Shown: positions 13,065 to 24,234 of the stretch, piece after piece
Numbering within the stretch: position 1 is the stretch's first letter
Layout of the letters: each line of letters begins with the position of its first letter
Assembly (NCBI GenBank): GCA_951406725.2
Contig: OX597818.1
Location: 97,402,001-97,466,000, forward strand
Source of the DNA: Octopus vulgaris
Taxonomy: Eukaryota
Direction: 5' to 3'
Length of the DNA: 64,000 bases
Made by a program: the position numbers and the translations under genes
Notes under the pieces: model-generated
Told to the model about the DNA's origin: nothing
The model's database searches: none
The model's input: the letters and a program-made list of their open reading frames with translations, nothing else

Positions 13065-13480
13065 GCTCCTTGATGATGTCAGATCAGCTTGGTCTCTGCA
13101 TCTTTCAGGAGACTCAGCAAAGAGCAAGTACAAGAATCTCTGTTTATCAAGCTGTCTGTTTATCCACTCTTCTGTATGGATCTGAGTGCTGGACTGTTTA
13201 CCAGCACCAGATCACTCCAGTCTCGCATGGTTGGACATGTTACTTCATACTGAAATCTTTCTAAGGCCTGGGATCTCCACTTTTGAAACCAGCATCCTTC
13301 ATTGTCTTTTCTGCTGAGCTGGCCATGTTATTCGGATGGTGGTTAACTGGTACTCTTCAGTGAGATCAAGACTGGAGGTAGGTTTTATGGACATCCAGAA
13401 CTTTGAACTTTGTTTTCATCATCATCTCAAGCAGTCTTTTATTTTATGTAATCTCTCTTCCAATTGATTGTGCGCCTGGC
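13065..13480 (+). mobile_element. RTE-clade LINE fragment (ORF C-terminal region), degenerate
   Basis: STRISVYQAVCLSTLLYGSECWTVYQHQI resembles the RTE/BovB motif K..VY..VV...LLYG.E.W. Confidence 0.7.
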
Positions 13481-14089
13481 TGTTAATTGGAAGGTATGGG
13501 AGTCCATATGTGATGGTGGAACAGAGCTTTGAAAATGAATGCAGGAGATTGCAGGAAGAGATGTCATCAAACCCTTGCGGTTGTTGTTCGGATCCACTTT
13601 CAGTACCTTCAGTGCCATAGGATCTGCCTATCTTGTATTGGTCTTGTCGCCCATACCTGCTCCAATGAGGAACAATGTGCTGGAGGCAGAAAAGGATAAT
13701 CTCTTGGATTGATACTATCATCACCTTTGACAGGCCATCGTAAGTAATTAAAAAGACAAAATGAACATATGTACACAAACATACACACATATATATGACA
13801 GGTTTTGTCTGCCTGGGGCTATAGTAGAGGATACTTTCCCAAGGTACCATGCAGTGGAACTGAACCTGATATCACATGGTTGGGGTGTGACTTAACCATA
13901 CAGCCATACTTGTGACTATGAACTTCTTTCAATGCTGATAGCTCTTAATACTAGAGGAAATGAGTGAATTGATCATTTGTATGGCCAAGCTAAAATATAC
14001 AGCTCAGCTGTATTTAATTGCAAGCAGGTTCCATTGGTAGAAAAGTATCTTTGCAAGAAACTTTCAAAATATAAACTATAATCTATATA

Positions 14090-14443
14090 GGCGCAGGAGT
14101 GGCTGTGTGGTAAGTAACTTGCTTACCAAGCACATGGTTCCGGGTTCAGTCCCACTGCATGGCACCTTGGGCAAGTGTCTCATGGTACCTTGAGCAGCTG
14201 TCAAGTGTCTTCCATAGCCTGAAGCTAACCAAAGCCTTGTAAGTGGATTTGGTAGACTGAAACTGAAAGAAGCCCGTCGTATATGCTGGTGTGTTTACGT
14301 CCCCGTAACTTAGTGGTTTGGCAAAAGAGACTGATGGAATAAGTACTAGGCTTACAAAGAATAAGTCCTGGGGTCGATTTGCTCGATTAAAGGTAGTGCT
14401 CCAGCATGGCCTCAGTCAAATGACTGAAACAAGTAAAAGAGTA
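14090..14443 (+). mobile_element. SINE family A with internal duplication and deleted central microsatellite
   Basis: Head and tail match the family. CATGG(C/T)ACCTTG is duplicated, and CGTATAT is joined directly to GCTGGTGTG. Confidence 0.88.
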
Positions 14444-15278
14444 TAATCTCTTCACAAGCTGTCATCATAATTTGTTTTTCTGTGCTTTAAGAGGTCTGTT
14501 GCTTGAGTCTGAACCAGGATCTTTTCACCTTAAATTCTTGTTCATATTATTTGCTTCTCTGTGGCATTCTTCTAAAGGACCAAATAATTGGCAGACATCT
14601 CTGAATGAAATGTACTAGTATATCACCAGTTAACATTCACTTTTCCATGGTTGCATGAGTCAGACATAATTTGTTGAGGGAAATTTTCTATGGCTGGATA
14701 CTCTTCCTGTCTCCAATTGTCACCTGTTTTCATTGAAGGTACTATTTCCCATTGCCAGACATGTTTTCTAAAGAAACAGAAAATGAACAACTCCACTTGT
14801 ATGATATTTATGCTTGTTTCCGACCATCACATAATACCAAGACAAGGCTACACACACACACATATATAGCATCATTATCATTAACGTCTGCTTTCCATTC
14901 TGGCCTGGATTGGTTGGTTTCACAGGAGCTGACAAAGCAGAAGACTGCACCAGGCTTCAGTACTTGTTTTGGCATGGCTTTTTTTTTACAGCTGGATGCC
15001 CTTCCTAACATCAACCACATCACAACAGGCTTCTTTCAGTTTTTATCTTCCAAATCTACTCACAAATCTTTGGTTGGCTTCAGGCTATAAAAAGACACTT
15101 AGCTGCTCAAGGTACCATGCAGTGAAACAGAACCTGAGACCACATGGTTGGGAACCATACTCGTCAACCACACAGCCTTGTCTGTGCCAGTTTTTTAATT
15201 GAAAAAATTGTTTCTTTGCTTATGGGGTTTATAAGCTCAACATAGCAAAATAACAAATTTGTTATTTATACAGTTTCT

Positions 15279-15509
15279 TATTTCTTTATTGCCCACAAGG
15301 GGCTAAACAAAGAGGGGACAAACAAGGACAGACAGAGGGATTAGATTGATTACATCGACCCCAATGTGTAACTGGTACTTAATTTATCGACCCCGAAAGG
15401 ATGACAGGTAAAGTCAACCTTGGCGGAATTTGAACTCAGAACGTAATGGCAGACGAAATGCCGATAAGCATTTCGCCCGGCGTCCTAACGATTCTGCCAG
15501 CTCGCCGCC
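15279..15509 (-). mobile_element. SINE family B, full length, 17-bp TSD
   Basis: TTATTTATACAGTTTCT at 15262-15278 and 15510-15526. Confidence 0.92.
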
Positions 15510-16212
15510 TTATTTATACAGTTTCTACTATTCTGAATGATGAACAATATTTCTAAATGGTACTTGTTGTTCAACTCTGATTGATGAAGGTTATGATCAA
15601 AGAGGTTCTAGTTGCGAGCTAATTTTTAGTATATCTAGGATAACATTTTTAATTTGTTAAGGCAGATTTACATATTTAAGAATTCCGATGCTATTTGTAG
15701 CAATTTGAGAGATTGCAAATTTGGTTGGACATGGTACATAGAGCTTAGTGACTGGGATTATTGAGGGTTATGTTAGAATAGATGTAACCATTCCTTTCCA
15801 GCTCACATGAATCCATAACACCTTGTGCTCCAAATCAATTTAGTGTTTAGTGTCAATGAAATAAACTTCTCTCTGAATAGCATATTTGTCTGTTTTATGT
15901 TACATCACGGAGAAAATCTAGTAAAAGTGGAAGAACTGACTGTTATTTTAAACATTTGTTATATTTCGTGTATACCCAATTATTATCTGCAGAGGCAACA
16001 AGTGTTTTGGGAAATGTGAGAAACAGTATGAAAAATACTCAGTAAAAAGATAGGCAAGCCTAAGAGCTCATTATTCTTCTCTTTTTCTATTTTGTCATGA
16101 TGAAAGTATCAAAGCTTTTATCATATTTCTGTTGAAATATACTACTGTTGTCTCAATTAAATTTGAAAATTCTGACTGATATAGTAAAATAACATTGTTT
16201 TCCAAATGCCAA

Positions 16213-16476
16213 CTACTTTACAGTGTATGCATCCAGTCCACACTGTAAAGTGGTTGGTGTTTGGAAGAGCATCCAGCTGTAAAAACCTTGCCAAAACTGA
16301 CCTTGCTTGTGCTGGTGCCAATGTAAAAAGCACTCAATCCACTCTGCTGGCTGGTTGGTGTTAGGAAGGGCATCCAGCCATAAAAAACCCTGCCAAAACA
16401 GAAGTCTGGTGCAGGCTCCTGTCAAACCTTCCAACCCATGCCAGCATGGAAGGTGGACGTTAAACGATGATGATGA
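16213..16476 (+). mobile_element. SINE family C
   Basis: TTAGGAAGGGCATCCAGCC...GGACGTTAAACGATGATGATG. Confidence 0.8.
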
Positions 16477-16622
16477 AGCTAGCGTTTGGTACTCAAATTA
16501 GCATGAAATTTTGATGGATGATTTTAATTTAGATCAGGAAGTGTTTAGCATAGAGGTTGGTTAGTGTCAGGAGTTGAAAATTTGAGAACTATTCCTTGAA
16601 GAGTTGTGCTGATAGGAATTAA

Positions 16623-16828
16623 CCTTTTTGTTACCATATTTCTGTCAAAATACTCTTCATTTATTTCAATTAATAATGAGAATAATGAAAAATTTATCAA
16701 AATAGCAATGGTGTTTGAAACAGAAATGAACATAAAATTTTGATGGAAGGTCTTACTTGAGATAACTTTAAAACAGAACTTGTGTCAAAGGACCAATGGC
16801 AGTTTGAGACAGATTGGTATCAAAAGGG
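16623..16828. mobile_element. piggyBac-type MITE
   Basis: TTAA|CCTTTTTGTTACC ... GGTATCAAAAGGG|TTAA. Related fragments at about 16120-16200 and 48885-48980. Confidence 0.75.
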
Positions 16829-16989
16829 TTAATGTTTATTTATATAAATGTGGGAATTAGATTTTTCTTGTTCCACTAAAAAATTATAGCTTACTATTTT
16901 TCTTCTTTGGTTAATTTCTTTAGGTTAACTTGCCATTTGTATTTATATATTTTTATTCTTTGATTTCCTGCATAAAGACAGGTTTTATA

Positions 16990-17360
16990 AGGTGCAGGCA
17001 TGGCTGTGTGGTGAAGCTTCCTTTGGAACTCTGCAGTTTCAGGTTCAATCCTACTGTGTAACATCTTGGGCAAGTGTCTTCTACAATAACCCTGTGATGC
17101 CCAATGCCTTATGATTGTATCAGATTGAAAGAAACTGAAAGAAGCCTTTCATTTGTGTGCATGTGCATGTGCCCCCATTGCTGCCTTAAAATCAATGTTT
17201 GTTTACATTCCTGTTATACAGCAGTTCAGCAAAAGAGACTGATAAAATAAATTCCAAATTTTAAAAAGAAAAATATACTGGGGTGCATTTGTTTGACTAA
17301 ATCCTTCAAGGCAGTGCTCCTGCATGGCCATAGTCTAATAACTGAAACAAGTTAAAAGAA
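16990..17360 (+). mobile_element. SINE family A, old diverged copy
   Basis: GGTGCAGGCATGGCTGTGTGG...TTGGGCAAGTGTCTTCTAC...CTGAAACAAG. Confidence 0.8.
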
Positions 17361-17533
17361 AACGATAGTATAACATTTTGAACAAAGCATTTTTTTTTTT
17401 GAAAAATTAACTTATCTAACAAATTATGAAAAATATGGGATTTATTTATTTAAAAAAACCTGTATTCACATATTTTAGCTTGTAGTGTAGCTCGGAGATA
17501 TCCTCACTGTTTGAGAGATATATTAGAAATGAT

Positions 17534-17709
17534 GTCTTTGATAGCAACCATCTTTTGGCCACTATTTGGACCCTGTTGTGTCCACTGCTCTGATTGGTTG
17601 GCATTGGTGCGAACTAAGTCAAGAGACAAACTGCACCAATGCCGACCAGTCAGAGCAGTGGACACAACAGGGTCCAAATAGCGGCCAAAAGATGGTTGCT
17701 ATCAAAGAC
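17534..17709. repeat. Long inverted repeat (77-bp arms, 22-nt loop)
   Basis: 17534-17610 versus 17633-17709 with 3 mismatches. Outer ATTAGAAAT/ATTTCTAAT extends it to 17522-17724. Confidence 0.93.
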
Positions 17710-17920
17710 CACATGATTTCTAATTACCAAGCTACGCTTCAAGCTATCTGACTTGGATAACTTCACCATGATGTGTTGCTGTGACAAAATAAATATCGCA
17801 CTGTTAGATACCTTGATGATATTTGCAGACATTTAATGGGCTTCATTAAATTACAGAAGTTAATTAATGAATGCATTAAATGTTTTAGTTAGGAATGGTA
17901 GTAGGAAACTATCTATCTAT

Positions 17921-18011
17921 TGTCAGTCTCATACAGTTTAGACCTCGTATGAAATACGAGGTTTCAATGCCCCTATTCTTTGGCGTGCTTCTTCAGTAAG
18001 ACGAACTGACA
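17921..18011 (-). ncRNA. Type I hammerhead ribozyme motif
   Basis: Minus strand: UGUCAGUUCGUCUUA-CUGAAGA-AGCACGCC AAAGAAUA GGGGCAUU-GAAA-CCUCGUAU UUC AUACGAG-GUC/-UAAACUGUAUGAGACUGACA. Complete catalytic core, 9-bp perfect stem III, GUC cleavage triplet and extended stem I. Stem II is imperfect. Confidence 0.7.
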
Positions 18012-18197
18012 TCTTCACTTCTTTGGGTCTCTTTGACAAATAGTCTTCGAAACCGTTTTCGTGCATCGGTTGTCTTCCCAGCGAAGTAAACTCCACTTGA
18101 AGGCATCACATGGACCATAAGACATCTGTGTTTTAACAATATCAGAGAAGCCTTTCTCTCTGCAAGCATCTTGAAGCTTTACAGATATGATGGAATC

Positions 18198-18613
18198 GTT
18201 AGCACGCTGGGTGAAATGCTTAGCGGTATTTTATCTGTCGCTACATTCTGAGTTCAAATTCCACCGAGGTCAACTTTGCCTTTCATCCTTTTGGGGTCGA
18301 TTAAATAAGTACCAGTTACGCACTGGGGTCGATATAATCGACTTAATCCGTTTGTCTCTCCTTGTTTGTCCTCTCTGTGTTTAGCCCCTTGTGGGTAGTA
18401 AAGAAATAGGTATTAAATACCTATTAAATAGGTATTTCGTCTGCCGTTACGTTCTGAGTTCAAATTCCGCCGAGGTCGACTTTGCCTTTCATCCTTTTGG
18501 GGTCGATAAATTAAGTACCAGTTACGCATTGGGTCGATGTAATCGACTTAATCCCATTGTCTGTGTTTGTTTGTCTCCTTTGTGTTTAGCCCCTTGTGGG
18601 TAGTAAAGAAATA
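18198..18613 (+). mobile_element. Head-to-tail dimer of SINE family B flanked by one 15-bp TSD
   Basis: AGATATGATGGAATC at 18183-18197 and 18614-18628. Two bodies, each ending GTGGGTAGTAAAGAAAT. Confidence 0.9.
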
Positions 18614-19586
18614 AGATATGATGGAATCTATTGAATTAGAGTGAATCCTATTCGTTTACCTGATCAAAATGTATGCATATACCAAGCTGCTTTTTCTGGT
18701 GACATTAGTGATAGAAATATCATTTGTAACAAACAGCTCACAAAAAGGAAGACTAAATTGTGGGCGTAACCATAATTTGAACTTACTTCCATGAAATTTG
18801 ACTTACCACTTAAATTAATTAGAATGAGCTGATACGTTGATTGCAGCTGATGATGCACACACCAGCAGGAGACTCTGATCTAGTTTTCTGTTAAAACCGT
18901 TTATTTCATTTCTTTGAGGAAAAACAAGCAGAAAAGAAGCAGTAGAGTGAAAACTACTGATAGTACAAGAGTGGCAGAGGTAGAGATAGAAAGAAAGGAA
19001 AGACAATAAAAGAGAGATAATAAAGGATAGAGAAGTATGGGACAAAGCAAAGGAAAAATAAGTAAATGGGAGAAGTATTGAAGAAGGATTTGAATTAGTA
19101 AGGTGTTGAGAGGAAAGAGAAATAAAGTGACAAGGGGAGTGAATGAAAGAAAGGAAAAACTGGAAAAACGTTCGATAGAGGAGCATGAAGTAGAACAGTA
19201 AAATAAAGAATTTCAGTCTTGTGGTGGTAATGGACAAACAGACGATAACTATGTACAATGTGAAAGATCGCACATTTCGTATAATTGCGAAAAATCTCTT
19301 TGAAAATATTTGGTTCTGTCAGAAGTTTCAGCTGCATGAATACACATACATGCAGTGAATTTAATGTATGAATTTTTGACTAAATTAAATTAAGAAAGCT
19401 GGCAGAAGGGGAAGTTTTTCGGTTGCATACATACATATCAATATGTTAGTAACATTATTAAAATTGCAAAACCTTTGAAAGCATAACATTTACATTCATA
19501 CAAAGGCCACTGTGAAGAGGATGAGAGCGAACTGGTTCTGGATGACTGATGAATTATGTTATGAAGAAAATATAATTAACATTTTT

Positions 19587-19992
19587 GGATCTTTTCGGTT
19601 TGAACGGCAGTTTTTAACATAATTTCTAGGTAACTAAAAAAATTTAAACTTCGTATAGTGGTAGAATGTGTTTATAAAACATCTTTTTCTCTTGGCTTTA
19701 TTGAGAAAATTCTATAGTTTATAAGATATTTGTTGTTTTTTTTCTGCAATTTCGACCAATCACTGACGTCTATTGAGGTAAAAAAAAAACATTCTGTGCC
19801 GTATGAATATGTCCCTCGTTTAAGAAACAGATTAGGTTTATTTACATTTCTGAAGAAAAAATGATCCCCTTCCCCCCACCCCTAACCCTAAAACAGATTG
19901 AAATGCAATAGATCGATACTAGGGTCATAATTATGGGTGACAATTTCATATAACACCGCTAGAAAAAACTGCCGGTCAAATCGAAAAGATCC
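19587..19992. mobile_element. MITE with ~29-bp TIRs and 8-bp TSD (Merlin- or hAT-like)
   Basis: TIRs GGATCTTTTCGGTTTGAACGGCAGTTTTT / AAAAACTGCCGGTCAAATCGAAAAGATCC. TSD ACATTTTT at 19579-19586 and 19993-20000. Confidence 0.9.
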
Positions 19993-20110
19993 ACATTTTT
20001 GATAAGCTTTCGCATTTGTTCAGAAGGATAGTAAACGACATGGAAACCAGTTTTAAGATACGAAAAGGTTTTAAAATATTTAATACAATTAATTTAAATA
20101 TTTAGTGTAA

Positions 20111-20295
20111 ATTGTTAGAGTGACGGGGAAAAAATGCTTCGCAGTATTTAGTTCGAAGTTCCGCTAAGATCGATGTTGTCTTTCATCCTTTTGGGCTCGA
20201 TAAAATAAAAATCAGTTGAGCACTGGAGCCAATGTAATCGACTAGTCCACACCCCCAACTCCAAAATTTCAGGCTTTGTCTCTATAGTAGGAAGA
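20111..20295 (+). mobile_element. SINE family B, diverged, with TSD
   Basis: Core TTTCATCCTTTTGGGCTCGATAAAAT. AAATATTTAGTGTAA on both flanks. Confidence 0.8.
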
Positions 20296-20977
20296 AATAT
20301 TTAGTGTAATTCCTACAGTTTGATTTTTTTAAAGTATTCAGACATTTTCAAAAAGAGGAAAGCAAACCGTTTCAAAATTAATGTTTGTTCCCGTTATTCA
20401 GGTAGTTTATAGATGCGTATTTTAAAATGAAATAAGAATTTATGATGCCAACACTGATGTTGAACAAACTTCAATTCTAAATGTTTAGCGCTAAGATTCT
20501 TGTATTTTTAGAGGCGGGTAGTGAACAATGAGTAACTGGATACCTTTTTCTTCTGGTTTTAGTCTTTCATTATCCCATCCATATCAATTATGTATTAAAA
20601 AAATTCTAAATTGACACAATACTTGGCCCATACTTTATTTTATCAATCACAAAAGGGTGAAAAGTAAAAGACGAATAGGGTGGGTTTTGAACTCGGAACA
20701 TAAAGGGCTGTAACTAAATGTCATAAGGCATATTTTTTCTCGGCACTCTTACGATTCCGGCGGTCAGGTTTTAAAGCGAACACACTTGGTTGCTTTGTGT
20801 CATCCCTTTCACTTGAAAATATCGATCTAAATTCGTTTCTCAGCATTAGATTTGCTTCTCCATAGTTTCAGACGTAACTTTATATTAAGAAAAAGAAAGG
20901 AGAAAAACGTCAACGTTTATTTCTGGTCTGTTAAGATATCAAAGGAATTCAAACGGAAGACGCTGCTTACATTGGAG

Positions 20978-21022
20978 ATGGTTGCGTCAACAAACGGCAC
21001 GAAAGCGTCAGATAGAGAAAAG
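20978..21022 (+). CDS. Probable first coding exon of the C2H2 zinc-finger gene (MVASTNGTKASDREK)
   Basis: GAGATGG start in good context, 15 codons, phase-0 donor AAG|GTAAAC compatible with the phase-0 acceptor at 24864. Confidence 0.55.
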
Positions 21023-21838
21023 GTAAACGTGATAAAATTATACTTTCATTTAACTTAAAAGGTATCAAAGAACAAAAACACCACTGTGAAATAAATTTAA
21101 GGAATATAGGTTTTGTTCCTCAGGCGGAAGCTCTCAAGGAACAGATAATATTCGTGTATGCCATTTGGTTCAGCAACATCTGAACTACCACGTGAATTAT
21201 TTTGTTGCAATTTATTTTCTTGCTCGTCTCTTTAGAATGCGATAAAGCTTGCAAAGAGATGGGTAAACATAGAAAATCAAACGTTTGGTTACAATTTCTC
21301 TATTGAAAATATGTTGCTTATGATACATATATCAAAGACGTATTTTCAGTGTTTCAGTTTAAACCCAGAATTGGGTGAATTTAGTACTACAACAAGTATT
21401 TAAAAATTAATGTACACACTAGGCCTAAAATTTAATGTAAATCAAATCTAAAACTAATAGAAAATGTAAAAAAAAAAATCTTACATTATTATTTTATTAG
21501 AGTATAATCTGTAGTGCAGTTTCAATTCCCACTTGTTGCCTTTTCTAATTTTACGCATTAACAATAGTGAGAAGGTTATGAATACCCAAAATCATTTATG
21601 TACTGCGATTTTCTCTGCTCACTACCGTCCTGTATTTTTGTAGATTTGGATTTAACATTAACATATAAAGAAAGGAGGTCATTAAACAGCTTATATATTC
21701 AGGTGAATGGAAATTGTTTTGAAACATCAATCCCAATAGAAGTTTCTTTGCTTCCTGCTTAAATACAATGCATACACTTCCTCATAAGTTGTTGAAGTTT
21801 CACAAGTTAGTTGAGTAGCTCTTTCTATACAGAATTAG

Positions 21839-22130
21839 TACCGTAAATCTTCGAGTATAGTCCGCACTTGAGTATAATACGTAGGGGATTTTTAGGGAGC
21901 TGTACCTCGGAAAAGCCTAAACCTTGTGTACAATACGCACCCCTTCTCTAACTTGAGTTAAGGAGTTCTATATAACGTCCTTGGTTTGAAAAATGTATAC
22001 GATAACGTCCTTTATCATTATTGTATAAATAACATAATGCAAACGTGTAGCTTTTTTGTGCATCTTTAACCTCGTATATAGTACGCACTAGGGATTTTGA
22101 CCTTCAAATTTTGGGAAAAAAATGCGGATT
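21839..22130. mobile_element. Truncated non-autonomous Tc1/mariner-superfamily (pogo/Tc2-like) element
   Basis: TA|CCGTAAATCTTCGAGTATAGTCCGCA left end, internal repeats of ATAATACGCA-like motifs, and a partial right end TGCGGA. Confidence 0.5.
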
Positions 22131-22342
22131 TATGATACTCAACATGATCTTCAGAAGAAAGCAATGCATTTGCGTCATTGCTGAGCCCAACTTAGGAATC
22201 CTCTTTCAAAAAAAAATTCAGCTGGCATTGCTGTACCCACTTTTTCACGGCTATTTTCTCTCGTCTGCGTAATCAAATCGTTTTCCAGAAATCTGTCCTT
22301 CATTGGACCGAACCGGTGGAAGTCACATGATGCCAGATTCAG

Positions 22343-22546
22343 GCTCTTTTACTTGTTTCAGTTATTTGACTACGGCCGTGCTGAAGCAGCGCTTTTAGTC
22401 GAGCAAATCGACCCCAGGACTTATTCTTTGTAAGCCTAGTATTTATTCTATCGTTCTTTTTTGCCGAACCGCTAATTTTCGGGGACGTAAACACACCAGC
22501 ATCGGTTGTCAAACGATGTTGGGGGGACAAACACAGATATACAGGC

Positions 22547-22609
<63 letters not shown>

Positions 22610-22755
22610 ACGTCTTCTTTCAGTTTCTGTCTACCAAATCCACTCACAAGGCTTTAGTAGAAGACACTTGCCCAAGGTGCCACGCAGTGGGACTGAACCC
22701 GGAACCATGTGGTTAGTAAGTAAGCTACTTACCGTTCAGTCACTCCTACGCATAG
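22343..22755 (-). mobile_element. SINE family A
   Basis: Reverse complement of the family consensus, with a long (TA)n(CA)n core. Confidence 0.9.
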
Positions 22756-22997
22756 GCTGTACAATAAGAGACTTCTCACCAATTTTTCCGATGGATTGAC
22801 TTGTTGTCAAAGATGTGTGTGTGTGGTCACTATTATGGTGAATGTAGATCGTTTTCAGATTCTTGTTCGGTCTCTTCTTCCTAAAAGCTTCTCTAAGCTT
22901 TTTAAGTGTATCAATGTATCATTAGCTGTTCGTAGTACAGCCATGTTCTAGGAAATCAAGGAAACAAACACCCTTGTCATCTAGTTAAACTGCCATA

Positions 22998-23575
22998 AAG
23001 GTGGCATGCTGGCAGAATTGTTTGCACGCTGGGCGAAATGTTAAGCGGGATTTCGTGTCTTCACGTTCTAAGTTCAAATTCCGCCAAGGTCGACTTTGCC
23101 TTTCATCTTTTCGATAAAATAAGTACCAGTTGAATACTGGTGTCAATGTAAGGCTCCGTCGTTGGTCTGTCGCAGTAATAATTTTGTTGTTATTTAACCT
23201 CAAATCAACCCTAATACAGCAAACCCATGTTGTTATAAAAACATCTCTGGTTATTAAAGAAGAGTTTTGTTAGGGGAGTGGACCTGGAAGTTGTTGTTCG
23301 CAAACAGCAGCAGTAATTTTCTTCCGCTGAATACACATCATTGATTGGTTAAAATTACCCAAATACGACAACTTTAACACGAAATAACTTCTAAAATACA
23401 AAATTTTGTCAAAAACGTTAAGAGTAAACCCTGTTCTATGTGACACATTTTACCAGTATCCGAAGTTTCAACGTGCTTAATTAAAAAATCTGGCCGTCAA
23501 ATTGAAAAGATCCCAATGTAATCGACTTACCCGCTCCCTCAAATTTCGGCTTTGTGCCTATACTAGAAAAAATTT
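22998..23575 (+). mobile_element. SINE family B interrupted by a MITE
   Basis: Body stops at GTCAATGTAA (23151) and resumes CAATGTAATCGACTT at 23514. Confidence 0.85.
23152..23513. mobile_element. GG..CC DNA element with 8-bp TSD nested in a SINE
   Basis: TSD CAATGTAA at 23144-23151 and 23514-23521. Right end CGTCAAATTGAAAAGATCC resembles the 19587 TIR. Left end is only GGCTC. Confidence 0.75.
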
Positions 23576-23615
23576 ACTTACGTAATTTGTTTGAATTGTA
23601 CGCGCTGTAGAGAAA

Positions 23616-24234
23616 CTAAACATAGAGGGGATAAACAAGGACAAACAAAGGGATTAAGTCAATTATATCGACCCTAGAGCGTAACTGGTACTTATTTAAT
23701 CGACCCCGAAAGGATGAAAGGTAAAGTCGACCTCGGCGGAATTTGAACTCAGAACGTAACGGCAGACGAAATACCTTTACTACCCACAAGGGGCTAAACA
23801 CAGAGGGGGACAAACAAGGACAGACAAACGGATTAAGTCGATTACATCGACCCCTGTGCGTAACTAGTACTTATTTAATCGACCCCGAAAGGATGATAGG
23901 CAAAGTCGATCTCGGCGGAATTTGAACTCAGAGCGTAGCGGCAGACGAAATACTGCTAAGCATTTCGCCCGGCGTGCTAACAATTTTGCCAGCACGCCGC
24001 CCTACTTTTAATAAAATATTCTTTTCTCCTCTGGGCACAAAGCCCGAAATTTTTAGGGTGGGGGCTAGTCGATTAGATCAATCTCAGTACACAACTGGTA
24101 CTTAATTTATCGACCCTGAAAGGAGGAAAGGTAAAATCGACCTCGGCGGAATTTGAACTCAGAACGTAACGGCAGACGAAATACCACTAAACATTTCGCT
24201 TGGCATGCTAACATTTCTGCCAGTTCGCTGCCCT
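23616..24234 (-). mobile_element. Cluster of SINE family B copies (dimer 23616-24003 plus monomer about 24022-24234)
   Basis: Three repeats of GACCCYGAAAGGA...GGCGGAATTTGAACTCAGA. ACTTTTAATAAAATATT is duplicated around the monomer. Confidence 0.9.

Noticed and set aside
17938-18100. Short minus-strand frame ...HENGFEDYLSKRPKEVKMSVRLTEEARQRIGALKPRISYEV*
   Set aside because: No recognisable family, upstream stops and no convincing acceptor. Kept only as an alternative to the ribozyme reading.
18815-19273. 152-aa hydrophobic ORF on the minus strand
   Set aside because: It is the complement of a low-complexity purine-rich tract with no domain or splice support.
19878-19892. (CCCTAA)2 telomere-like motif
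   Set aside because: Only two units, inside a MITE.
22339-22799. Many 60-150-aa ORFs with IYIY/HTHT runs and repeated peptides such as EDTCPRCHAVGLNPEPCGW
   Set aside because: They are translations of SINE family A and its microsatellite, not genes.
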